DNA of 32,000 bases, from positions 240,001 to 272,000 of the forward strand of contig NZ_WUUQ01000001.1 of assembly GCF_009831105.1 (NCBI RefSeq). Direction: 5' to 3'. Below are positions 16,196 to 23,647 of this stretch, piece after piece. A program made the translations under genes and the position numbers. Numbering within the stretch: the first letter of the stretch is position 1; each line of letters opens with the position of its first letter. The notes under the pieces were generated by a model. That model worked only from the letters and a program-made list of their open reading frames with translations. It was not told the origin of the DNA and searched no databases. This DNA comes from Copranaerobaculum intestinale. Lineage in GTDB: Bacteria > Bacillota_I > Bacilli_A > Erysipelotrichales > Erysipelotrichaceae.

Positions 16196-16612
16196 TTAAT
16201 CGATTGGAATAAAGCGTTTTTCTTCGACCTGTTTCGGTGCTTCTTTTGGAACGATGACTTTCAACTCACCATTATCATAGTTCGCCTTGATATCCTTTTC
16301 AGTAATACCTTCACCTACATAGAAACTACGGCTGCAGGAACCGCTGAAGCGCTCCTGACGAATGATGTTTCCCTGATCATCCTTTTCACTCGTTTCATTG
16401 TTTCGAACCGCTGACACATTCAGATATCCGTCTTTGAGCTCTAATTTAATATCTTCCTTTTTATAGCCCGGAAGCTCCATATCCAGCAAATAATTGCCGT
16501 CTTTCTCAGTGACATCCGTCTTCATGTAGCCTTCTGTTTTCTTCATAAATGGATCATAAAACAGATCGTCAAACGCACTGTCGAATAAGTTGAATCCTGG
16601 TAGTAATTTCAT
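16196..16612 (-). CDS. Hsp20/alpha-crystallin family small heat-shock protein
   Basis: The alpha-crystallin domain shows TDVTEKDGNYLLDMELPGYKKEDIKLEL and GELKVIVPK. I prefer ATG 16612 (AAAGAGG SD 8 nt upstream). The tracked start 16642 has no SD. Confidence 0.85.
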   Translation of the reverse strand: MKLLPGFNLFDSAFDDLFYDPFMKKTEGYMKTDVTEKDGNYLLDMELPGYKKEDIKLELKDGYLNVSAVRNNETSEKDDQGNIIRQERFSGSCSRSFYVGEGITEKDIKANYDNGELKVIVPKEAPKQVEEKRFIPID

Positions 16613-16700
16613 AAACATCGCCTCTTTTTCTTTGTTTATCATAACAATATATACTACATGAAATTACTTTCGTTAAGGGGTTTACCTTAACTTCGACTAT

Positions 16701-16728
16701 ATTATAACACCATTTTTAGCACTGTCAA
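16701..16728 (-). promoter_or_regulatory. Consensus sigma-A promoter of hsp20
   Basis: On the minus strand: TTGACA (16723-16728), a 16-nt spacer, then the extended -10 TGTTATAAT (-10 hexamer at 16701-16706). Confidence 0.7.
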
Positions 16729-16742
16729 GTATAGAGTGCTAA
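16716..16742. promoter_or_regulatory. CIRCE (HrcA operator) inverted repeat
   Basis: TTAGCACTG-TCAAGTATA-GAGTGCTAA against the consensus TTAGCACTC-N9-GAGTGCTAA (17 of 18 arm positions). It contains the -35 of the hsp20 promoter and overlaps the MFS stop codon. Confidence 0.8.
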
Positions 16743-17983
16743 CTTTTTTCTAATTTTTTTGACCCTTTATCTTTTAGATAGTAAACTATCATAACAAGCA
16801 GTATAACCATTAAATTCTGTACGATAAATGCTCCGTCGGGACGCAGCCATTCACTGAGTATCCCTGCGTATGCAATGCCTATGGGAATCAGCAAATTGGA
16901 GCAAAAGGTAAGCAGTGAGAAAAAGCGCGCCTGCATGGATATATCCACGTCTCTTTGAAAACCGGAAATCAGCGGAATGTTCACAAAAGCATTCAGCATG
17001 CCTTCTATCATCATCAAAATCAAAAACAATAGATAGAATAACAGCTTCCAATCGCTCGGCATAATGAGGGATAACAGTCCCATAAATGCCATAACCGAAC
17101 TGTTGGCCAGAAACAATTCTTTCATGTATCGTTCCAGATTCATATTCTTTATACGATAAACAAGAATACCGGCGAGCAGGGTTCCAATCACAAAGCAGCC
17201 GCTGGTGAATCCGTACCATGCTTCGGGTAAATGATGAAGCTGAATTAAAATCCCGGGATAATAAATCTCCTCACTGGGAGCAACAAAGAAATTCAGACTC
17301 ATCACCAATAGAAACATCGCCAGAATATGCTTTGCGTGAATTACATAATGAATCCCTTCCTTCAGCTGATTTCGCACTTTATCCGATTTTTCAGTTGATT
17401 GTATACGCGGATATTCTATCAGCATTTCCTGTAAGCTGCTCAACAGAAAGCTGAAAGCGTTGATCAGCAGCACCATAGTGAAACCGAATGCGCCGAACAG
17501 CATTGTTCCAACCATCGGAGCACACACGGAGGCCGTATTATCACAGATGCTTTTCAATCCATTCATTTTCTCCAAGGTGTCTGAAGTATTCAGCTCACTG
17601 AACAGTACCGATGACGACAAATAAAAGATACGGTCAATCACTCCCAATATCATACCAAACGCATACAGCCAAAGCATTTCTAATCGGTTGTTCATACTCA
17701 GCAGTGCCATAAATAAAAAAAGCGTGCCGCTTACAACATCACAAATGATCAGTATTTTTTTATGATTTCTTCGCTCAACAAAAATACCGAGCGGAATTGT
17801 GAAGGCTACCGCAGGCAACGCTGTCAGGGCATAAAAGAAACCCATTTGAGTCAGCGAACCGCTTATTTTTAAAATATAAAGCGGCAGACAGATCGTATAG
17901 ATACCAGAACCCATCAGCGATATGCTTCTTCCCAATAGTAACTGACGGACATTTTTCATGCGCCGTGAAGCTTCAGTCTTCAT
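16739..17983 (-). CDS. MFS transporter (EntS/efflux-like)
   Basis: Polytopic, roughly 12-TM ORF. Start set to ATG 17983 (MKTEASRRMKNVRQLLLGRS; GGAGAG SD), which overlaps the upstream DUF2087 gene stop by 11 nt. The tracked start is 18040. Confidence 0.85.
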   Translation of the reverse strand: MKTEASRRMKNVRQLLLGRSISLMGSGIYTICLPLYILKISGSLTQMGFFYALTALPAVAFTIPLGIFVERRNHKKILIICDVVSGTLFLFMALLSMNNRLEMLWLYAFGMILGVIDRIFYLSSSVLFSELNTSDTLEKMNGLKSICDNTASVCAPMVGTMLFGAFGFTMVLLINAFSFLLSSLQEMLIEYPRIQSTEKSDKVRNQLKEGIHYVIHAKHILAMFLLVMSLNFFVAPSEEIYYPGILIQLHHLPEAWYGFTSGCFVIGTLLAGILVYRIKNMNLERYMKELFLANSSVMAFMGLLSLIMPSDWKLLFYLLFLILMMIEGMLNAFVNIPLISGFQRDVDISMQARFFSLLTFCSNLLIPIGIAYAGILSEWLRPDGAFIVQNLMVILLVMIVYYLKDKGSKKLEKS

Positions 17984-18266
17984 AATCGACTCTCCAATAA
18001 CAACGACCATCCTCTGTTCGTTCAAACAGATGAAAATCAATCAGCATTCTGCGTAATGACGCATAATCAGAATAGATTGCTTTCAGCTTTTTATTCAATT
18101 CCATTTCGGTCATTTCCGTATGCTTTGGAAAAGCATCCGCAATAACCTCCATTACGAGTCTTTGTTTCTCAAATTTCACCGGCATTTCCTTTAAAATCAG
18201 TGGTTCCCGAGATGAAAATGCAGTATCCAGCATATGCTCCAGCTTCTTTTTGTTTGTTTCACACAT
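17973..18266 (-). CDS. Stand-alone DUF2087-like protein
   Basis: The C-terminal motif KAIYSDYASLRRMLIDFHLFERTEDGRCYW parallels KDIYSDFVTIRRALIEYGFLMRTEDCSEYW in the ORF at 20269-21024. The DUF2087 assignment is from memory of that family. Start set to ATG 18266 (GGAGGA SD 7 nt upstream). Confidence 0.65.
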   Translation of the reverse strand: MCETNKKKLEHMLDTAFSSREPLILKEMPVKFEKQRLVMEVIADAFPKHTEMTEMELNKKLKAIYSDYASLRRMLIDFHLFERTEDGRCYWRVDYED

Positions 18267-18282
18267 AAACGTTTCCTCCATA

Positions 18283-18334
18283 TGTTTATAACAATGATAA
18301 ACACAGTATATATCATATTTACACTATATGTCAA
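18283..18334 (-). promoter_or_regulatory. Promoter and leader inverted repeat of the DUF2087-MFS operon
   Basis: On the minus strand: TTGACA (18329-18334), 16 nt, then TGATATATA (-10 at 18307-18312). The 7-bp inverted repeat TGTTTAT-N7-ATAAACA (18283-18303) lies just upstream of the SD. Confidence 0.45.
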
Positions 18335-18363
18335 CATGTGTAATATTCGTTTATGCTTTATAT

Positions 18364-18390
18364 AAACAAAAAAAGGGAATGTTTCCCTTC
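18364..18390 (-). terminator. Rho-independent terminator after the GGDEF-EAL gene
   Basis: AAGGGAA pairs with TTCCCTT, followed on the minus strand by TTTTTTTGTTT. Confidence 0.65.
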
Positions 18391-18406
18391 TTTAAATGAT
18401 ATACCA

Positions 18407-20086
18407 TTATTTTTTGTCCCAAAACCGTTTTTCAAAATCTGTTTTCACAAGTGGTCTGGCAATAAAATAACCTTGAATACTGTCCGCATGCAAATCACCT
18501 GCCGCATGCAGCTCCTCGCTGACTTCCACGCCTTCCACACAAACGGTAATACCAACCTGGTGACATAATTGAATGACTGATTCAATAAAACTGCGATTAA
18601 AATCATTCTTACTTTCATGTATTGCGGAAATAAACAATCGATCAATCTTCACAATATCCGCCGGCATCTGTGAAAGCATCCCAAGAGATGAGTATCCGGT
18701 TCCAAAATCATCCATTGCCACTTTCATATTCAGGTTTCGTATCTTTTTAAAGCTTTCCCGCAAGGCTCCCATATCAGTAACGAAACAGCTCTCGGTAAGC
18801 TCCAGCACGATATGACTGGGCGCTACCTGATAACGATCCAAAAGCTTTTTCATATAAGTAAGAAAGGTTTCATCAAGCAGCTGCAAATAGGAAACATTGA
18901 CATTCATTATGAAATCTTTCTGATATTTGATCCATTCTGAACAAACCTTAATTGCTTCTTCCAACACCCATTTACCAACCGGTATGATCAAGCCGCTGGA
19001 TTCCAGCACCGGAATAAACTCCATTGGACCGACCCCAACAAACTTCGCACAGGACCAGCGAAGCAGAGCCTCTGCACCGGCTAATTCCAGAGTGTTGGCA
19101 TGAACAAACGGCTGAAAGACCAGATGAAAATCCTGCATATGATGAATAACACTGTTTTGTAATTCATTTCCCAGCTCCAGAGTGCGAAGCCGATGATTCA
19201 TAATATTCTGAGAAAAGAAGGTTGCGTTATTTTTTCCTTTCTGCTTGGAAATTTCCAAAGCGCTCACGGCACATTTTAACAGCTCCTGATAGTCGTTTCC
19301 ATCCGCACCAAGCATCGCGATGCCTGCTGAAGCCGTGCAATAATAATCAATGTTGTCGAGCCGGTGAGTCCGGTTACAATAAGCATGGATTTTTTGATAT
19401 AGCTGCTCCATATCCTGTTCAATCGCGGGTGACAGCACGATTGCAAATTCATCGCCGTCAAAACGATACATCCGTGCTTTCGGCGGCAGCAGCTGCAGTA
19501 CACTCTGCGCAAACTGACGCAGCACTGCATCACCGAACATATGTGTATTCAAATCATTGATCCGCACAAAGTCATCCAAACCAATCAGCAGCAATCCGCC
19601 GGTCTTCTTCTTTTCCAGTAAATGATCCACATATTTCTCACATTCACGATATGTAAACAGACCTGTTGTATAGTCGATCTTGCCTTTACTACCCAAGTTG
19701 TTCACAACTCCGGCAAACATGATCGCCCTGCCATTATCATCCTTTTGCAGATAACCGCGGCACTGCACCCAGATATATTCCCCTTTCCGGTTCCTTATCT
19801 GATATTCTACGTTATGCTCGTTGGTCTCCCCCCTCAGCATTTTGTCGATTGATTCATCATAAATTGCCTTATCCTCAGGATGCACAAGACTTCCCCAAAT
19901 CGGAATCAATCCTGAAACCAAACGTCCCGGAAGTTCAAATCGCTCATACATCTGCGGAGATACCAAGGCAACATCTGTCAGCATATCAACAATATATACA
20001 TAATTGTCGGTACTTTTCACCAATGCGTCATAAAACATTTCCGCATCAAAGCTGAACTCTTTCAGATGAGAATCACCATTAGCCAT
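18407..20086 (-). CDS. PAS - GGDEF (non-canonical DGDEF) - EAL signalling protein
   Basis: 559 aa. N-terminal PAS-like region, then a GGDEF domain whose motif reads RFDGDEF. The EAL domain shows EALLRW, DDFGTGYSSL, KIDRLF and EGVE motifs. Confidence 0.88.
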   Translation of the reverse strand: MANGDSHLKEFSFDAEMFYDALVKSTDNYVYIVDMLTDVALVSPQMYERFELPGRLVSGLIPIWGSLVHPEDKAIYDESIDKMLRGETNEHNVEYQIRNRKGEYIWVQCRGYLQKDDNGRAIMFAGVVNNLGSKGKIDYTTGLFTYRECEKYVDHLLEKKKTGGLLLIGLDDFVRINDLNTHMFGDAVLRQFAQSVLQLLPPKARMYRFDGDEFAIVLSPAIEQDMEQLYQKIHAYCNRTHRLDNIDYYCTASAGIAMLGADGNDYQELLKCAVSALEISKQKGKNNATFFSQNIMNHRLRTLELGNELQNSVIHHMQDFHLVFQPFVHANTLELAGAEALLRWSCAKFVGVGPMEFIPVLESSGLIIPVGKWVLEEAIKVCSEWIKYQKDFIMNVNVSYLQLLDETFLTYMKKLLDRYQVAPSHIVLELTESCFVTDMGALRESFKKIRNLNMKVAMDDFGTGYSSLGMLSQMPADIVKIDRLFISAIHESKNDFNRSFIESVIQLCHQVGITVCVEGVEVSEELHAAGDLHADSIQGYFIARPLVKTDFEKRFWDKK

Positions 20087-20244
20087 ATGCTGTACACCTC
20101 CGTTTTAATAGTAACAGGATTTTCCGGAATACAAAAATAAAATCCGTTGATTTTTTTAGTTTTGTATCAAATTCCTGCACAATATATCCGTTCTTGTACA
20201 ATTTTCAGCACATCTATCCATTCTTTTTCTTGATCGTGTTTATA

Positions 20245-20273
20245 AAGAAAAAAACTGATGATTTCTCATCAGT
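20245..20273 (-). terminator. Rho-independent terminator after the HTH-DUF2087 gene
   Basis: ACTGATGA (20254-20261) pairs with TCATCAGT (20266-20273), followed on the minus strand by TTTTTTTC. The hairpin overlaps the stop codon. Confidence 0.65.
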
Positions 20274-21024
20274 CAGTACCTTTTACCCAATATTCACTGC
20301 AGTCTTCCGTACGCATCAGAAAGCCATATTCAATCAGCGCCCTCCGAATCGTCACAAAGTCACTGTAGATATCCTTTAAATATGCATTGATTTCCTGTTC
20401 GCTGTAATGACGTCCATAATCCAGACCTTCGGTTATCCGGCGCAGTACCACAATTTTCTTTTTATCACGGCCGGGAAACTGCTTCAGCTTCAGAGGTTCA
20501 AATGACGCGAACATCGTATTCAGAATCTGCTCGCTTTCTGCTACCGTTGTGATAAAACGATCGTCAATCATATTAGCACCCATATGTACTTCTACCAGCT
20601 TTTCTTCCTGCGGCTGTTCCGCCTGTTCAAGCGCCAGCTCATACATTGCCAAAAACAATCTGGCTTGCTTTGCTTTTTCTTTAAACACAAACCGCTGATG
20701 TCTGACCGTAGAAGCAGAAGTGCCGGTAATTTTCGCAATTTCCTTGTCACTATTGCCTTCTTTCATCAGGCGCAGCAGCTGTTTTTGAACATCCGTCAGC
20801 CCGTTCTGTTTCTTATCCGTTTCCATCAAGCGATCAAATACAGAACCATGCTGCTTACAGATATGGATTTTCACAGCCCGTTCCGCATCAAAAAAACGGT
20901 CGTCTATATGAAAGATTTCACCTTTTTCAAATAGCTGTTCACAAAAACTGCAGCGATAGCCATTCGCTTCTTCACGATATCCGTTCTTGATTTCCTCTAA
21001 ATAACGCTCTTCCTGTTTTGCCAT
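20269..21024 (-). CDS. Zn-ribbon / LuxR-type HTH / DUF2087 fusion protein (putative transcriptional regulator)
   Basis: 251 aa. CSFC...HICKQH is a putative metal site. LTDVQKQLLRLMKEGNSDKEIAKITGTSASTVRHQRF is a GerE/LuxR-type HTH. The C-terminus is paralogous to the small DUF2087 protein. Confidence 0.7.
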   Translation of the reverse strand: MAKQEERYLEEIKNGYREEANGYRCSFCEQLFEKGEIFHIDDRFFDAERAVKIHICKQHGSVFDRLMETDKKQNGLTDVQKQLLRLMKEGNSDKEIAKITGTSASTVRHQRFVFKEKAKQARLFLAMYELALEQAEQPQEEKLVEVHMGANMIDDRFITTVAESEQILNTMFASFEPLKLKQFPGRDKKKIVVLRRITEGLDYGRHYSEQEINAYLKDIYSDFVTIRRALIEYGFLMRTEDCSEYWVKGTD

Positions 21025-21064
21025 TCCTGTCCGTTCTTACTCCTATATTTTAAATCATGTTTCT

Positions 21065-21092
21065 ATTATACGATAATATTATCATAATGCAA
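21065..21092 (-). promoter_or_regulatory. Sigma-A promoter of the HTH-DUF2087 gene
   Basis: On the minus strand: TTGCAT (21087-21092), a 16-nt spacer, then TATAAT (21065-21070). The spacer is an imperfect AT-rich palindrome. Confidence 0.55.
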
Positions 21093-21107
21093 TGATTCTT
21101 TCATCAA

Positions 21108-21127
21108 TGTTACAAATGTGTTACAAT
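21108..21127 (+). promoter_or_regulatory. Tandem TGTTACAA direct repeats overlapping the -10 (TACAAT) of the divergent hypothetical gene
   Basis: TGTTACAA occurs at 21108-21115 and 21119-26 (11-nt period). The second copy contains the extended -10 TGTTACAAT. Confidence 0.45.
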
Positions 21128-21149
21128 TTGAATGAATCGAGGGGTAGAC

Positions 21150-21938
21150 ATGAAATTCAATCACGACGTTATTCAGCTGTACCTTCATGATAAACCGCTT
21201 GAAGCAGGAATTTACGGCTGGATATATGACTTGCGCCAGATGGGAAAGCATATCTATCATGCACCGGATCATCGACGTAAAGAAGTAGTAAAAGAATTAG
21301 ATCAAAGAATTTATAAATTACAGGAACATGTTTTTTTTAATTTTAATATGATAAAAGAACTCTTTGCCAAAAAAGGCGGGCCTTATGATTTTGAAATTAT
21401 ACCTGCAGTGGGAATGGAACCCGGTTATGACTGTTTTCTAACCTTACAGCCAAACGGCACTTACACGATGATCATGGATCTTCTGCAGTTTGCGGATTAT
21501 GGACCGGAGCTTGATAAAATGATGTATGTGATGCGCAGTGAAATGACCAAGCGGCTAGTTCTCCATGGAGTGCAGAATTATTATCCGTTCCGCTATGCGA
21601 AAGGGTATCATGACCAACTTACCTACCATGCTTTCTGTCAAGGAATCACACAGTATCTCGCCTGGGGTCCGAATGCGGAGAATTATTTGCTGCATACAGA
21701 AAAATATGAGCCCTATCGCAAGCAGAATCTGCTGATGCTGACACAGGCCTTGAAAGAAGAAGACCCCCAGCTTCAGCAAACACTGCTGAACTATGCAGTC
21801 AGCAATTCTTCCTTTTGGAAGCAATTCGGTACAGTCGGCGGGATGTTCATCTGGGACTCCCTATATCGCGGCGGCGGAATTGACGCGGTTGTATTCACCT
21901 TTAAAAAGGGATGGAAGACTTTTTTAAAAACAAAATGA
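21150..21938 (+). CDS. Hypothetical protein (no family recognised)
   Basis: 262 aa from ATG 21150 (GAGGGG SD 5 nt upstream); the tracked start is 21132. Soluble-looking, with no motif I can name. A terminator follows. Confidence 0.65.
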   Translation: MKFNHDVIQLYLHDKPLEAGIYGWIYDLRQMGKHIYHAPDHRRKEVVKELDQRIYKLQEHVFFNFNMIKELFAKKGGPYDFEIIPAVGMEPGYDCFLTLQPNGTYTMIMDLLQFADYGPELDKMMYVMRSEMTKRLVLHGVQNYYPFRYAKGYHDQLTYHAFCQGITQYLAWGPNAENYLLHTEKYEPYRKQNLLMLTQALKEEDPQLQQTLLNYAVSNSSFWKQFGTVGGMFIWDSLYRGGGIDAVVFTFKKGWKTFLKTK

Positions 21939-21961
21939 GCCGAGCCTTCGGTTCATTTTTT
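21925..21961. terminator. Bidirectional terminator between convergent genes
   Basis: TGAGCCGA pairs with TCGGTTCA (8 bp including one G-T). TTTTTT follows on the plus strand and TTTTGTTTTT on the minus strand. Confidence 0.65.
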
Positions 21962-21965
21962 CTTG

Positions 21966-22277
21966 TTATTTACGCTCCACAACCCGATATACATTATCAA
22001 AACCAAATACTTTATACAAAACAGATACAGTAGCCAGAATCAGCAGCATCGCAAGTACGAGTTCCAGAAACCCTCCCATCGGTATTTTTACAAAATAGGA
22101 ATGCGTATAATTGGACAAGGTTACAACTAAGAAAAAAGCAAACATACAGCTGATCCAGCCATTTCGTTTTGCCCGTATACGCAGATGATGACCGCACGGC
22201 GAGTTAATTTTACCATGCAGAACATCAACGGTAATCTCTGCACCGCAATTCGGACAATGGGATTTATATTTCAGCAT
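21966..22277 (-). CDS. Small Zn-ribbon membrane protein (hypothetical), coupled to rpoN
   Basis: 103 aa from ATG 22277. It has CPNC-x16-CGHH and then two hydrophobic helices. Its GAGAGGAG SD overlaps the rpoN stop codon. The tracked 128-aa ORF start lies inside rpoN. Confidence 0.6.
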   Translation of the reverse strand: MLKYKSHCPNCGAEITVDVLHGKINSPCGHHLRIRAKRNGWISCMFAFFLVVTLSNYTHSYFVKIPMGGFLELVLAMLLILATVSVLYKVFGFDNVYRVVERK

Positions 22278-22293
22278 ATCAAATAGCTCCTCT

Positions 22294-23535
22294 CTAAAAC
22301 TGCTTGCGCCGGGACGCCGGCGGTATCTGCAGCTGTTCACGATACTTCGCAACGGTTCTGCGTGATATTTTCACACCATGTTCACTTAGCAGGTCAGCCA
22401 GCTTTTGGTCACTATATGGTGCATGTTTATCCTCTTCCTCAATCATCTTTTTCAATTGGATGTGGATTTCATTAGCGGATTCTCCACTTTCCAGCTTTGC
22501 TTGGAAAAAGAATTTTAAGGGAATCAGCCGTTGTTCAAATTCCATATATTTATTAGATATTGCCCGGGAAATGGTAGACTCATGAATGCCGATTTCATCA
22601 GCGATATTTTTCAAAGTAAGCGGAGAAAGCTGTGCATGCTCCAGAAAGAACACACGCTGATGCTCAACAATACAGTTTACGATCGCTAAAAGCGTAACAT
22701 TTCGTTTCCTCATACTTTCAATCAGCAATTTGGCACTTTTCATATGCTGTTCCAAATATTGAATGACCTCTTTATCTTTTGTCTGCTCATAATTATGGTT
22801 GATCCTAAGATCATATTGTTCACTTAATAATTCCAGCTTGATTTCCTGATCTTCAACCATGACCCGAACATCTGCTTCGACATAATCGCTGCCGCTGGCA
22901 TAATTGATTCCGGGCCGCGGGTCCATCTGCTTTATCAATTGAACTGCCTGCACGACATCAGCCATTTCACAGCCAATCTTCTGCGCTATTTCCGGCAGTC
23001 GATTATCGGCAACCTGCATCAGATATTCAGATACGATATTCATGGCCAGCCGACGATACGGGCTTTCCTGAAAACTCAGCTGGATCAGAAGACACTCATC
23101 CAGCGAACGAGCTGCAACACCATATGGTTCAAAGGTCTGAATCCGGTTGATCATCTCCTCGATATCATCCTCGCTTTTACCTGTATAGCTGCTGATTTCA
23201 TGATTGCTCATACGCAGGTAACCGTCATCATCTAATGATTCAATCAAAAATTCCCCTAATGAGATATCCACTGACTTTCGGCATGTTTCCAACTGTTTCA
23301 TCAAAACATCGGATAAGGTCTCTCGATCCTCCACATAATTCAGCAGCAGGTCAAAATCTGTATCCTTATGCGTTGACTGCATACTATAAATATGCTCATT
23401 TGCTTCCAATACTGGATTCATTTCTAATTCTTCGATAACTGCATCCAAAAGATCATGCGTATTCATTTCCAGCACTTTCAAAGAAAACTGCTGACGCATT
23501 GACATTTTTTGGGTTACAACATTGACTAGTTTCAT
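22294..23535 (-). CDS. rpoN: RNA polymerase sigma-54 factor
   Basis: 413 aa. Glutamine/leucine-rich region I, NPVLE, an HTH, and the C-terminal RpoN box ISRRTVAKYRE. Confidence 0.92.
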   Translation of the reverse strand: MKLVNVVTQKMSMRQQFSLKVLEMNTHDLLDAVIEELEMNPVLEANEHIYSMQSTHKDTDFDLLLNYVEDRETLSDVLMKQLETCRKSVDISLGEFLIESLDDDGYLRMSNHEISSYTGKSEDDIEEMINRIQTFEPYGVAARSLDECLLIQLSFQESPYRRLAMNIVSEYLMQVADNRLPEIAQKIGCEMADVVQAVQLIKQMDPRPGINYASGSDYVEADVRVMVEDQEIKLELLSEQYDLRINHNYEQTKDKEVIQYLEQHMKSAKLLIESMRKRNVTLLAIVNCIVEHQRVFFLEHAQLSPLTLKNIADEIGIHESTISRAISNKYMEFEQRLIPLKFFFQAKLESGESANEIHIQLKKMIEEEDKHAPYSDQKLADLLSEHGVKISRRTVAKYREQLQIPPASRRKQF

Positions 23536-23563
23536 AATACCTCTTTAGTTTTCATGTATGTTT

Positions 23564-23572
23564 ATTATAACA
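23564..23572 (-). promoter_or_regulatory. Extended -10 element (TGTTATAAT) upstream of rpoN
   Basis: The minus strand reads TGTTATAAT about 25 nt upstream of the rpoN SD. Confidence 0.4.
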
Positions 23573-23608
23573 TAAAGCACTGTACCATATGAGGATAAAC
23601 ATCTGTAT

Positions 23609-23640
23609 TAAAAAAGTTTACCAGCAGCCGCCGATAAACC
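23609..23640 (-). terminator. Rho-independent terminator after prmC
   Basis: A 10-bp stem that closes fully (two G-U pairs) only in the minus-strand RNA, followed by TTTTTT. Confidence 0.65.
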
Positions 23641-23647
23641 TTTTTAT

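Noticed and set aside
16672-16691. Hairpin GTTAAGG pairing with CCTTAAC in the hsp20 5' UTR, as a possible RNA thermometer
   Set aside because: The stem does not sequester the SD or the start codon, which lie about 50 nt downstream. It has no ROSE or fourU features.
20087-20268. Possible riboswitch (for example c-di-GMP) in the 180-nt leader of the GGDEF-EAL gene
   Set aside because: It contains only a short AT-rich hairpin (GGATTTT pairing with AAAATCC). I could not find conserved riboswitch core sequences. The region is more simply a promoter and leader.
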